Program-made: the position numbers and the translations under genes
The notes under the pieces: generated by a model
What the model was told of the DNA's origin: nothing
Databases searched by the model: none
The model's input: only the letters and a program-made list of their open reading frames with translations
Shown: piece by piece, positions 21,350 to 31,068 of the stretch
How positions within the stretch are numbered: position 1 is the first letter of the stretch
How the letters are laid out: each line of letters begins with the position of its first letter
DNA from: Gammaproteobacteria bacterium
Lineage (GTDB): Bacteria; Pseudomonadota; Gammaproteobacteria; GCA-002705445; GCA-002716945
Assembly: GCA_965660795.1 (NCBI GenBank)
Contig: CBFIBF010000001.1
Location: 30,932-94,931, forward strand
Direction: 5' to 3'
DNA: 64,000 bases

Positions 21350-24300
21350 TCATCCTTTTCTATTAAAATATATAAGGCAGGAATTAGATAGAGGGTGATA
21401 AAAGAGGCTAGTCCTATTCCGCCAAATACTACAATTGCCATTGCAAATCGACTTTCAGCACCAGCGCCACTACTCAAGATGAGAGGGATAGCACCCAGTA
21501 ATGTCGATAAAGTTGTCATAACAACTGGTCTAAATCTTAATAACGATGACTCTACAATTGCTTCTGCTTTTTTCATACCTTCTAGTTTTAATTGATTTGC
21601 AAATTCTACAACTAAAATACCATTTTTTGCGATAAGCCCAATTAACATTAAAAAACCAATTTGACTATAAACATTTAACGAAGTGCCTGTAACAAAAAGT
21701 GAATATATACCAGCTGTCAACGTAATAGGTATTGTTAAAATTATTATTAATGGATTTCTAAAACTTTCAAATTGTGCAGAAAGAACCAAATAAACAACTA
21801 AGACAGCAAGTATAATTGTTAGTTCAAGTTTGTAACCAGTTTCATAATATTCTTTTGAAGCACCTGCAAATGATAATTTTGCATTAGGAGGAAGAACATC
21901 TTTTGATTTGTTTACCAAATTATCGAGAGTATCACCAAGTGATGACCCTGGAGATATAGAAGAAGATAGAGTCACCGAGGGTAATCTGTTTACTCTTTTC
22001 AAACTATTACTGGTCCCCTCTTTGAAATTAGTAACTAAATTACTTAGAGGTATTAATTTATTAGTTGTACTTGATTTAATAAAAATATTATCCAAATTTC
22101 TTTCGTTAATAAGAAAATTATCATCTGCTTTTATGATTACGTTGTATGTAAGTCCATTGTATGAATAGTTAGTAACTTGTCTTGATCCATACAGCGACTC
22201 AAGTGTAGTAGCAATATCGTCGGCAGACACTCCAAGATTTGATGCTGCATCGCGGTTAATTTTCAAATTTAATCTTGGTTTATCAATCTTATAATCAATC
22301 CTAGCATTTCTTAAACAAATGTCTTGTGATATATCTTTTACTAAATTTCCCCAATCGCCCACTTCTTTATAATCATTTCCACTAATAACAACTCTCACGG
22401 GTGATTTGAACGGACTTTGACCTAAACTAGGTGGGTTAATGGTAAATATCATGGCTCCAGGCATTGATATTAGTTGCGGAAATATCTCTCGAACGATATC
22501 TTTTTGATGTCTAGATCTATCTTCCCATGGAACTAGTGATGCAAATATGAAGGCAGAGTTAACACTGCCAGGTTGTCCAGAAAAACCAGGTGCCACAATA
22601 GCAAAAACATTTTTGATTTCACCTTTTTTTACATATTCCATTAGAATATCTTCTACTTTTGTGACCATTTTATTTGTATATTCCAAGGAAGAACCTTCTG
22701 GAGCATTTACGGATACTATAAATAAGCCTCGATCTTCAGAAGGTGCTATTTCTTTTGATATGAATTGAAATAATAGTATAGATATTAGGATAAAAAAGAT
22801 GGTAACACTGTATACGATTTTCTTTCTAGATTGAGAAGCTATCAATGATTTACGATAAAAATCTTTGAATTTTAAAAACAATTGTCTCTGTGTATTATTT
22901 TTATCATTTTCAAGTAGTTTTGAGCACATCATTGGAGTTAATGTAAGTGCAATGAAACTTGAAATAATAACTGCGAAAGATAAAACTACCCCAAATTCTA
23001 TGAAAAGCCTTCCTGTTTTACCTCCCATAAAAGATAGAGGAAGAAAGACGCTTACCAGAACTAGTGTGGTAGCTATTACAACAAAAGTTATTTGTTTTGC
23101 ACCATTTATTGAAGCTGTGTAGTTGTCCTCTCCATTTTCTATCCTTCTTTTTATATTCTCCATTACAACAATGGAGTCATCTACTATCAAACCTATGGCT
23201 AATACAAGCGCTAAGAATGTAAGTACATTTAAAGAATAGCCAAATATATAAATAATGAAGAAAGTGCCTATCAGTGAAATAGGTATAGTAACAGCTGGTA
23301 TTATTGTAGCTGTCTTAGATGATAAAAAATAATAGATAATTAAGATAACGAGTATCATGGATACTGTCAGAGCAAATCGAATTTCGCTTATCGATTCATT
23401 TACAAATTTAGATTGATCATAACCAATTGACATGTCTATACTTTCAGGTAATGAGGGCTTTATGAGTGCGAGTTCTGATTTAATGTTATTTGCGACATCT
23501 AGAACGTTCGACTTGGTTTGTCTTACGATACCTAGTCCGATTGCACTTTTTTTATTTGCTCTTAAAAATCCTCTATCTGATTCAGGTCCGATTTCAACTC
23601 TTGCTACATCGGATAAATATATTTTAGAATCACCATAGTGTTTGATAACAACTTTATTATATTCTTCTAATGTCTTAAGCTTAGAGTCAAGTTTTAAACC
23701 GATCTCCCTCTCCTCGGATTCAAATCGACCTGCACCTCTTTCAATGTTTTCCTCTTTAATTGCTTTGATGACGTCTATTACAGTTAGCTGTCGAGATGAA
23801 ATTAATTCAGGATCCATCCAAACTCTTACAGAATACTTTCGCTCACCCCCTATAGTAATAGAAGCAACACCGGGTTGAATAGATAACCTATCAACAACAT
23901 TTCTCTCTAGGTAATCATTTAATTGAATTGAGGTTAATATATCGCTTGAGAAACCAATCCACATCATCGCTCGAGCATCAGAATCTGATTTAGCAATTCT
24001 AGGGCTATCTGCTTGATCAGGTAACAAGGCAGCTACTCTTGAAACTTTATCCCTAACATCATTTGCAGCTGAGTCTATTTTAGTTTGAAGAGTAAATTCT
24101 ACTCGAATTTTTGAAACCTCGTCTTTACTCTCAGATGTTATTTTTCTAATACCTGATATACCAGCTAATGAGTCTTCGATAATTTGAGTCACATCTCGTT
24201 CAAGTATCTTTGATGATGCACCCTTGTATACAGTGGTGACTGTAACAACTGGACGGTCAATATCTGGATATTCTCTTATTGTAAGTTTGTCATAGGAGGC

Positions 24301-24378
24301 TATGCCTATAAGCACTACGAATAAGCTCAGAACGGCAGCCAATACAGGTCTTTTTACTGTAGTTTCAGATATATGCAT
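21346..24378 (-). CDS. RND efflux transporter, inner-membrane permease (AcrB/HAE1-like)
   Basis: 1010 aa with a 12-transmembrane, two-large-periplasmic-loop architecture. Confidence 0.9.
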   Translation of the reverse strand: MHISETTVKRPVLAAVLSLFVVLIGIASYDKLTIREYPDIDRPVVTVTTVYKGASSKILERDVTQIIEDSLAGISGIRKITSESKDEVSKIRVEFTLQTKIDSAANDVRDKVSRVAALLPDQADSPRIAKSDSDARAMMWIGFSSDILTSIQLNDYLERNVVDRLSIQPGVASITIGGERKYSVRVWMDPELISSRQLTVIDVIKAIKEENIERGAGRFESEEREIGLKLDSKLKTLEEYNKVVIKHYGDSKIYLSDVARVEIGPESDRGFLRANKKSAIGLGIVRQTKSNVLDVANNIKSELALIKPSLPESIDMSIGYDQSKFVNESISEIRFALTVSMILVILIIYYFLSSKTATIIPAVTIPISLIGTFFIIYIFGYSLNVLTFLALVLAIGLIVDDSIVVMENIKRRIENGEDNYTASINGAKQITFVVIATTLVLVSVFLPLSFMGGKTGRLFIEFGVVLSFAVIISSFIALTLTPMMCSKLLENDKNNTQRQLFLKFKDFYRKSLIASQSRKKIVYSVTIFFILISILLFQFISKEIAPSEDRGLFIVSVNAPEGSSLEYTNKMVTKVEDILMEYVKKGEIKNVFAIVAPGFSGQPGSVNSAFIFASLVPWEDRSRHQKDIVREIFPQLISMPGAMIFTINPPSLGQSPFKSPVRVVISGNDYKEVGDWGNLVKDISQDICLRNARIDYKIDKPRLNLKINRDAASNLGVSADDIATTLESLYGSRQVTNYSYNGLTYNVIIKADDNFLINERNLDNIFIKSSTTNKLIPLSNLVTNFKEGTSNSLKRVNRLPSVTLSSSISPGSSLGDTLDNLVNKSKDVLPPNAKLSFAGASKEYYETGYKLELTIILAVLVVYLVLSAQFESFRNPLIIILTIPITLTAGIYSLFVTGTSLNVYSQIGFLMLIGLIAKNGILVVEFANQLKLEGMKKAEAIVESSLLRFRPVVMTTLSTLLGAIPLILSSGAGAESRFAMAIVVFGGIGLASFITLYLIPALYILIEKDD

Positions 24379-25286
24379 TATTCGCTAATTAATTTAATTT
24401 TTGAACCATCTTTAAGTTTTTCTTGACCTAGTGTTACAACAAGATCACCTTCATTTATGCCAGAAAGAATTTGTGTCATACCTTTATTGTTAATACCGGA
24501 TGTAATTTTTTTAAGTTTCGAAATACCTTCTTCAGCTACAAAAACATAACTATAATCCTTAGCAGTTAGAATTGACTCTTCAGGAACAAGAATAGCATCA
24601 GGAATTTCCTCAAGAATAATATCTATATTAAGCAAGAGACCTGGCCTTAATGTTCCATTTTTATTATCAATCAAAGCATATGATTTGATCGTTCTTGTTT
24701 GAGTATCGACTCTTTGATTAATATTAGTAATAACTCCAGTATATTTTTCTTCAGGAAATAACTTAGAATACGCAGTGTATTTGATAGGTTTCCTTAATTG
24801 AGGTAGGATTTTTTCTGGTAAATACAAAAATGCTTTCATGGTCACCATATCGTCAAGCGTTAATAATACGTCACCATTTTTTAATTCATCGCCAATTTTA
24901 AAATCAGTAATGCCCACAAACCCATCAAAGGGGGCAGATATAATTATTTCTCCGATGGATGAAGTTGATAGAATTGAAAAAAGCTTATCCCCTTGTTTCA
25001 CAAAAGATGATTCGTTAAAGAAAATATCATTTAAAATGCCACTTGTTTTTGATGTGACATCAAATGATCTATTAGCTTCTATCACTGATGTTGCAGGATA
25101 TATCTTATTTATAGGTTTAACTTCAGCTTCTCTCGCTATAACCGATATTACACGCGTCTTGTTAGCAAATGACTTATAGAATTGAATTTTGCTATATAGG
25201 GTGTAGCCTCCATAAACAAGACCTGAAATAATTAATAATCCTATTAACGGAAAAATTTTTATGTTTTTAATTTTATCTTGAAGCAT
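24378..25286 (-). CDS. RND efflux membrane fusion protein (periplasmic adaptor)
   Basis: 302 aa with an N-terminal anchor and biotinyl/lipoyl-like and beta-barrel regions. It is immediately upstream of the RND permease, with overlapping stop and start. Confidence 0.8.
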   Translation of the reverse strand: MLQDKIKNIKIFPLIGLLIISGLVYGGYTLYSKIQFYKSFANKTRVISVIAREAEVKPINKIYPATSVIEANRSFDVTSKTSGILNDIFFNESSFVKQGDKLFSILSTSSIGEIIISAPFDGFVGITDFKIGDELKNGDVLLTLDDMVTMKAFLYLPEKILPQLRKPIKYTAYSKLFPEEKYTGVITNINQRVDTQTRTIKSYALIDNKNGTLRPGLLLNIDIILEEIPDAILVPEESILTAKDYSYVFVAEEGISKLKKITSGINNKGMTQILSGINEGDLVVTLGQEKLKDGSKIKLISE

Positions 25287-25998
25287 TCTTAAACCAAATT
25301 AGTGAAATAAATCTTCCAGTAATACCGTCCTTTCTATAAGAGTAAAAACCCTCATCAAAAGTACATGACTTTGATATTGTAACATCAGTGATACCAATTT
25401 CAGATAATATATCATATGCAATATATCTTAGATTCATTTTATATTTACCAGTTTTTGTTTTTTTAAATCTTTTAGAATATTTTGGAAAGTGATTTAAAAC
25501 ATCCGCATCAACCTCATATTTATTTTGGGAAATACATGGTCCTAGCAATACTATGATATCTTCTCTTTGTGTATTTGAAAGTTTATTAAAAAAATTTTCA
25601 ATGATATTATCTCTAAGACCTTTCCAGCCAGCATGAATACAACCTATAATTGAACCCGCTTTATTAGTAATTAAGATAGGTATACAGTCTGCAGTCAAAA
25701 CTGCACAAGAAATTCGTCTATCATTTGAAAAAATAGCATCACTATCAACATAATTGCTATTAATTGATACATTATTGGCGAGGTTTGAATGAATCTGATT
25801 CATAAATACAATATGATTTATATTAAGTTGATTTTTTAGACAATTAATATTGGATTGAACATTTGTTTGATTATCTCCAACATTAAATGAGAAATTTGCA
25901 TGTTTGAATTTTTCTTTACTAAAACCAGAGTGATTGGTTGAAATAAAGAATTCTATGTTATTAGGAACTTTCCAGTCGATTTTATATTTAGTAATCAT
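25273..25998 (-). CDS. pgeF: PgeF/YfiH family purine nucleoside phosphorylase (laccase-domain protein)
   Basis: 241 aa with CAVLTADCIPIL and IHAGWKG motifs, downstream of rluD as in E. coli. Confidence 0.85.
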   Translation of the reverse strand: MITKYKIDWKVPNNIEFFISTNHSGFSKEKFKHANFSFNVGDNQTNVQSNINCLKNQLNINHIVFMNQIHSNLANNVSINSNYVDSDAIFSNDRRISCAVLTADCIPILITNKAGSIIGCIHAGWKGLRDNIIENFFNKLSNTQREDIIVLLGPCISQNKYEVDADVLNHFPKYSKRFKKTKTGKYKMNLRYIAYDILSEIGITDVTISKSCTFDEGFYSYRKDGITGRFISLIWFKNASR

Positions 25999-26939
25999 GA
26001 TATATATTCATGCATCTTATAAAGTAAAGAATTATATTTATCTGGATAGCTTGCATTGAATGATTTCATTCTTCCAGAAATATTATCTCTAAATGATAAA
26101 GAGTAAGCATGTAAGTATTGGCCAAAAGTTGGGTCAATATGATTTAGGAGATCTGGATATTTGTTAAAAATGTTTTTTCTATACCCATACAGCTTATCTC
26201 CAATAATAGGATGGTTGAGGAAGGACATATGTACTCTAATCTGATGAGTACGACCAGTTATAATTTTAATTTCAACATGAGATGAATTAACTAAATTAGT
26301 CAGTGGCTTTACAATAGATTTTGCATACTTGCCATTATTTGTGACAGCCATTTTTTTTCTATTTATTGAGTGTCTACCTATATTTTCTTCTATTGTAGTA
26401 GATTTATCTAATACTCTAGAAATAATAGCATGGTAAGTTTTTTCAAATTTATGCTCTTGTAATTGAGCGCTTAAGTAGTTGTGTGCAATCAGGTTTCTTG
26501 CGATTACAAGTACTCCAGATGTATCCTTATCAAGTCGATGGATAATTCCTGTTCGCGGGACATTAGCTAAATCTGGATATCTATAGTATATGGCATTCTG
26601 CAGAGTGCCAGTAAGATGACCTGGTGCAATATGCGTTACCATGCCAGATGGTTTGTTAACAACAATATATTCACTACATTCATATATCACATCAAGACGA
26701 ATATCTTCGGCAATTAAATTGACTTCAGGTACAGAAGTAATAACAATGGAAACATCACAACTTGATTTAATTACATCTTTTTGGGTACATGTTTTTCCGT
26801 CTATTTTAACGTTGTCGTTTTTTATCCATTTTTGGATAGTTGCTCTTGAGTACTCTGGGAAATGATTTTTAAGATGCTTATCAAGTCTATCCTCTTTATC
26901 TATCTCCAACGTAAAGTTGTAAACATTGTTTCCTTCCAT
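25995..26939 (-). CDS. rluD: 23S rRNA pseudouridine synthase RluD
   Basis: An S4 domain followed by the RluA-family catalytic motif HRLDKDTSGVLVIAR. Confidence 0.88.
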   Translation of the reverse strand: MEGNNVYNFTLEIDKEDRLDKHLKNHFPEYSRATIQKWIKNDNVKIDGKTCTQKDVIKSSCDVSIVITSVPEVNLIAEDIRLDVIYECSEYIVVNKPSGMVTHIAPGHLTGTLQNAIYYRYPDLANVPRTGIIHRLDKDTSGVLVIARNLIAHNYLSAQLQEHKFEKTYHAIISRVLDKSTTIEENIGRHSINRKKMAVTNNGKYAKSIVKPLTNLVNSSHVEIKIITGRTHQIRVHMSFLNHPIIGDKLYGYRKNIFNKYPDLLNHIDPTFGQYLHAYSLSFRDNISGRMKSFNASYPDKYNSLLYKMHEYIS

Positions 26940-26956
26940 GATATAATGATATACCC

Positions 26957-27799
26957 ATGAAAAAATTTAATCTTTCATTAATTGTATTTTTATTTTCTTT
27001 AAGTAGTTGTGCGGTTTTAGACAAAGCTAAAGTTGATCCTTATGAAGGAATGTCAGAAGTTGAATTATACAATGAAGGTTCAGGATTTCTAGCTAATGCA
27101 GACATTCCACAGGCAGTCACAGTATTTGAAATACTTGAAGCAAGATTTCCGTTTTCTACATATTCACAACAGTCAATACTTGATCTTGCATTTGCATACT
27201 ATGACTTTGGTCAAAAAGACGACACGATTGCAGAATGCGATAAGTTCATAGATTTATATCCAAATCATCCGAAGGTTGACTATGCTTATTACATGAGAGC
27301 TTTATCTAATCTCGAAAAAGAACAACCCTTTTTTCAAGAAATACTTGGTCAAGATATCTCGAAATATGACGTAACACGTCTAAAGAGAGCCTACAATGAC
27401 TTTCTCGAAATTGCTAATAGATTCAAAGGCAGTAAGTATGCTGATGATGCTGAAAATAGATTGATCTTTTTAAGAGATGCTATGGCGAAACATGAGGTTT
27501 ACATTGCAAATTACTATCTCAAACGTCGAGCATTTGTCGCATCAAGTGAGAGAGCAAAATATATGCTTGAGACTTATCCGGGGGCTCCTGTATCCAAAGA
27601 TGCACTTCTCATTTTGATAGATAGCTTTAATAATCTTGGATCATATAATTTAGCATTAGATAATGCAAAAGTACTTGTAACAAACTATCCAAATTATTCT
27701 TATAAAGTTAATCAAAATGGTAAAGTCCTAATTCATGATAAAAATATCAAAAAAGAAGAAAAGATAGAAAGCTCTTTCTTTGATTTAGATTTATTTTAG
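26957..27799 (+). CDS. bamD: Outer membrane protein assembly factor BamD
   Basis: 280 aa lipoprotein (LSSC) with TPR repeats, divergent from rluD as with yfiO in E. coli. Confidence 0.85.
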   Translation: MKKFNLSLIVFLFSLSSCAVLDKAKVDPYEGMSEVELYNEGSGFLANADIPQAVTVFEILEARFPFSTYSQQSILDLAFAYYDFGQKDDTIAECDKFIDLYPNHPKVDYAYYMRALSNLEKEQPFFQEILGQDISKYDVTRLKRAYNDFLEIANRFKGSKYADDAENRLIFLRDAMAKHEVYIANYYLKRRAFVASSERAKYMLETYPGAPVSKDALLILIDSFNNLGSYNLALDNAKVLVTNYPNYSYKVNQNGKVLIHDKNIKKEEKIESSFFDLDLF

Positions 27800-28545
27800 G
27801 ATCTAGGTATTTTGCACACTGGAATTGGCAACATTTTGTGTAGGTTGTTTTTACGAATAGAATCATATTTTTGTCTATTACCTGATTCTGCATTAATCAT
27901 TGCATCTTCTAATTCATCATATGACAATCCGAGCTGAGTCTCATCAGTTCGATCATCATCCCAAAGTCCATCGCGAGGGGGTGCTTCGATAATTCTCTGA
28001 TCAATCCCAAGACTTTGTGACAAACTTTTTACTTCAGATTTCATGAGATCAGCTATAGGAGCAATATCAACTCCTCCATCACCATATTTTGTATAAAAGC
28101 CAACGCCAAAATCTTCAATTTTATTACCAGTGCCAACTACGATTCCATTTTGAGCAGCAGCAACTTGATATAACGTAACCATTCTTAGTCTAGATTTAGA
28201 ATTGGCAAACCCTAGGTCAGATTTTTGATTTGCATCACAAATAGTTGAATTGAATATTTTATATGTAGATGTTAGATCAATATTAACAAGACTTGTATTA
28301 CTGAATTTCTCTTCTAGCCATTTACCATGCACGTGCCCTAGATTGGCAGCAACGGTATTATTATTAATGGGCATTGAAACAGCGAAAGTTTTTACTCCCG
28401 TCATACTTGCTAATGTACTTGTAAGTGAAGAGTCAATACCTCCGGATATACCAACAATCAAACTTTCTGCCGGTTTTGGCATATTACTTACGTATTGACT
28501 TATCCAATCAACTATATATCTAATTGTGTCCTGATCATTCTTCAT
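27796..28545 (-). CDS. nadE: NH3-dependent NAD+ synthetase
   Basis: 249 aa with PP-loop GISGGIDSS. Confidence 0.9.
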   Translation of the reverse strand: MKNDQDTIRYIVDWISQYVSNMPKPAESLIVGISGGIDSSLTSTLASMTGVKTFAVSMPINNNTVAANLGHVHGKWLEEKFSNTSLVNIDLTSTYKIFNSTICDANQKSDLGFANSKSRLRMVTLYQVAAAQNGIVVGTGNKIEDFGVGFYTKYGDGGVDIAPIADLMKSEVKSLSQSLGIDQRIIEAPPRDGLWDDDRTDETQLGLSYDELEDAMINAESGNRQKYDSIRKNNLHKMLPIPVCKIPRS

Positions 28546-28560
28546 TGATTCATTTAATAG

Positions 28561-28785
28561 TTGAAATTATTATGTAAAAATTCCATTATAAAAAATATGA
28601 AAATTATCCTATTACTGTTAGCTATAATTGTCGCTTATTTCTTACTCAAAAGGAACAAGCAATCTAGAGAAATAATTAAGGATACAAATGATATGGTTAT
28701 GTGTAGCCGGTGTGGTTTTCATGTACTCGAAAAAAATATATGTCGTACTGAAAGTCAAACCAATCAATGTCCAAATATAAAATGA
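28561..28785 (+). CDS. Small membrane protein with C-terminal Cys cluster (zinc-ribbon-like)
   Basis: 74 aa with one transmembrane helix, then CSRC...C...C. It is translationally coupled (ATGA) to a downstream 26-codon ORF. Confidence 0.45.
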   Translation: MKLLCKNSIIKNMKIILLLLAIIVAYFLLKRNKQSREIIKDTNDMVMCSRCGFHVLEKNICRTESQTNQCPNIK

Positions 28786-28862
28786 CTAGAAGACAACCAT
28801 TATTGCTGACTCTAATTATTATATTGATAATTGGGATAACATTAACCCTCATCCTTAGATAA
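28782..28862 (+). CDS. Putative 26-aa hydrophobic micro-protein (not in the ORF track)
   Basis: ATG at 28782 overlaps the upstream stop (ATGA). It encodes MTRRQPLLLTLIIILIIGITLTLILR, and its TAA overlaps the coaE ATG (TAATG). Called only on this coupling geometry. Confidence 0.3.
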   Translation: MTRRQPLLLTLIIILIIGITLTLILR

Positions 28863-29413
28863 TGAATTACCTTGTTACAGGACTTGTATGTTCTGGTAAA
28901 AGCACACTTCTAGATTTAGCAAAGAATTATAACTTCCAAACCTATAAATCAGATGAAATTGTCTCAAGTCTTTATCAAGATGAATATATAGCTAATAAAT
29001 TAAAAAATAATATAGGAATAAAAAAAACAAGGAAGAATTTTAAAGATGACATTAGAGATTATTTTTTTAAATCAAGAAAAAATAAAGAGGAAATTGAAAA
29101 TATTATTCATCCTATTGTTCATGAAATGGTCTCAGATATATTCAGTAAAAGTGATAATTCCATGATTGAAATTCCGCCTATAATAAATAATAAATTTCTT
29201 TTTAAGAAATATAAAACTATATATGTAGATGCGCCCGAGGAGATCAGGCGTAAAAGATATAATAAAAAGAATGATATAGATATCTTTAATCAACTTAATA
29301 GTATTCAAAATGACTATGAAATTATAAAAAAATACTGCAATATTATTCTTAGAAATATAGACAGTCCATGCTCACTAAATCAATATTTTAATGAAGGAAT
29401 TATCAAAGTATGA
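28862..29413 (+). CDS. coaE: Dephospho-CoA kinase
   Basis: 183 aa with P-loop GLVCSGKST, upstream of zapD as in the E. coli coaE-zapD-yacG-mutT locus. Confidence 0.7.
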   Translation: MNYLVTGLVCSGKSTLLDLAKNYNFQTYKSDEIVSSLYQDEYIANKLKNNIGIKKTRKNFKDDIRDYFFKSRKNKEEIENIIHPIVHEMVSDIFSKSDNSMIEIPPIINNKFLFKKYKTIYVDAPEEIRRKRYNKKNDIDIFNQLNSIQNDYEIIKKYCNIILRNIDSPCSLNQYFNEGIIKV

Positions 29414-30171
29414 ATAATTTTTCTGACATACACGCTTCAATTTATGAACAGCCTATTGATGAAAGAATCAGAAAGTTTCTTAGATTAGAAAATACTTATA
29501 TAAAGATAAATCATCATATGGATATTGATTCAAAGCATGATGCATATTCAACATTATTAAATATTTCCGATCTATTTATTAATTTAACTAGAAGTGAAAT
29601 AAAGCGGGATCTTATATCTGAGATTGAAGCTCAAAAAATACGATATCAAGAATATATCAAATTAGCTAGAGCGGATAAAATTAAATTAAGTTCAATAATG
29701 GAAAAACAACAAGCTATTCTTAAAACTCTACATGACTTAGAGGCAAATTATTTAAATGTCTTAAAAAATGATGAATTGTTTCAAACAATTATCAAACATA
29801 TTAATACTTCATGTGCTGATCTAGATTACTGGCTTTCTAGAGATCATGACTTTAGAAAAAACCAAATTAATCTGTGGTTAGAATTAGTTAAACCTATTGA
29901 AAACTCAATTTTCTTTTGCCTAGATCTACTCAGGAGAAGCTCTGAAACTGTAGAAATAACTGCTAAGGACGGAATGTATCTATTCAGAATGGATATAGAA
30001 AAAAAAATTAGGTTATTGAGGGTAACAATGAAAACAGATAATTATTTTTTCCCCAGGATAAGTGTAGGTCCTCAAAGAGCAACTGTTGCTTTTATGACAA
30101 TCGATGACAACAATAAAATAATAAGATTGAATAAAGATATAAATTTCGTGTTGGATTTCTGCTATATATAA
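29410..30171 (+). CDS. zapD: Cell division protein ZapD
   Basis: 253 aa beginning ...IYEQPIDERIRKFLRLE; ZapD (YacF) family. Confidence 0.85.
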   Translation: MNNFSDIHASIYEQPIDERIRKFLRLENTYIKINHHMDIDSKHDAYSTLLNISDLFINLTRSEIKRDLISEIEAQKIRYQEYIKLARADKIKLSSIMEKQQAILKTLHDLEANYLNVLKNDELFQTIIKHINTSCADLDYWLSRDHDFRKNQINLWLELVKPIENSIFFCLDLLRRSSETVEITAKDGMYLFRMDIEKKIRLLRVTMKTDNYFFPRISVGPQRATVAFMTIDDNNKIIRLNKDINFVLDFCYI

Positions 30172-31068
30172 TTAGAAGAATCTTATGCCTGATAAGCCAA
30201 AACCATGATTATTGCTACACGCAATTAGATCTTCATTTCGAGAGCTTGTTCCGCCGAGAGCGAGAGTTGGCTTGTTAGACAATTTTGATAAATTAGAAAA
30301 TCTCTGCCAACCCAGAGGCGAACTATCATCATGTGATTCAAGTACCGGTGATAACAATATAAAATTGAATGGTCGTTCGTTACACAATTTAATATCTTTA
30401 ATGTTGTGGCATGACGCAGAATATAATAGTGATTCTTCCTTCTGATAATTAACATTTCTTATGAAACAACTTTTGTAATGAATTCCGAAATATTTATCTA
30501 CCCAGTCAATGTTATGAGGATAATCAATGATTAAATTACCAGTAAAGTTAAATTCTAACAGTTTATCCTTGATATATTTTTTATAAAAACTATATGATAT
30601 ATCCCTTAGTCTTATGTGAGAGAATAAATTAAGATTTTCATAAGAGATTTGATTTAATGCTCCTTTAGATATAATTTTCAAAAGTTTTGGTATCTTTAGT
30701 AGGTTCAATATATAAAAATGTGTTGGCAGTACTTTATGTGACTCAAAATGCTTAAAATATATTATGTCCCTTCCCTCTTTGGATTTGATAGTTCCTGAAT
30801 ATTTATGAATTTTATAAACACTTATAATAATCAATCTGTTTATATAATTATGTTTAATCGATGTAATCAATTTAAATTTTTTTATATCAATATCTAATTC
30901 TTCTTTAAGCTCTCGAATAAGGCATTGGTTGGATGTTTCATTTGATTTCTTTTTTCCTCCAGGAAATTCAATATGACCTCTGTAAGGTTCCTGATTACGT
31001 TTTAGACATACATATGACGAATTAATTTGAATTAAAGCAATTGATATTTCAATTATTTCAGGATTCAT
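30172..31068 (-). CDS. mutT: NUDIX hydrolase (MutT-like) fused to a thiamine-phosphate-synthase-like (ThiE/TenI) domain
   Basis: N-terminal Nudix box GHIEFPGGKKKSNETSNQCLIRELKEELDI. The C-terminal half carries TenI/ThiE-like LLSPVLESHDD...ALGG...GFGLSGIRFF. It occupies the mutT position downstream of secA-argJ. Confidence 0.75.
   Translation of the reverse strand: MNPEIIEISIALIQINSSYVCLKRNQEPYRGHIEFPGGKKKSNETSNQCLIRELKEELDIDIKKFKLITSIKHNYINRLIIISVYKIHKYSGTIKSKEGRDIIYFKHFESHKVLPTHFYILNLLKIPKLLKIISKGALNQISYENLNLFSHIRLRDISYSFYKKYIKDKLLEFNFTGNLIIDYPHNIDWVDKYFGIHYKSCFIRNVNYQKEESLLYSASCHNIKDIKLCNERPFNFILLSPVLESHDDSSPLGWQRFSNLSKLSNKPTLALGGTSSRNEDLIACSNNHGFGLSGIRFF

Noticed and set aside
21395-23878. 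Six short plus-strand ORFs (66-86 aa) inside the RND permease gene.
   Set aside because: They are nested antisense ORFs within a confidently identified 1010-aa transporter and have no independent motifs.
30212-30455. Two overlapping 76-77-aa ORFs on opposite strands inside the MutT/ThiE-like gene.
   Set aside because: Both are nested within a longer, motif-supported CDS and are likely artefacts.
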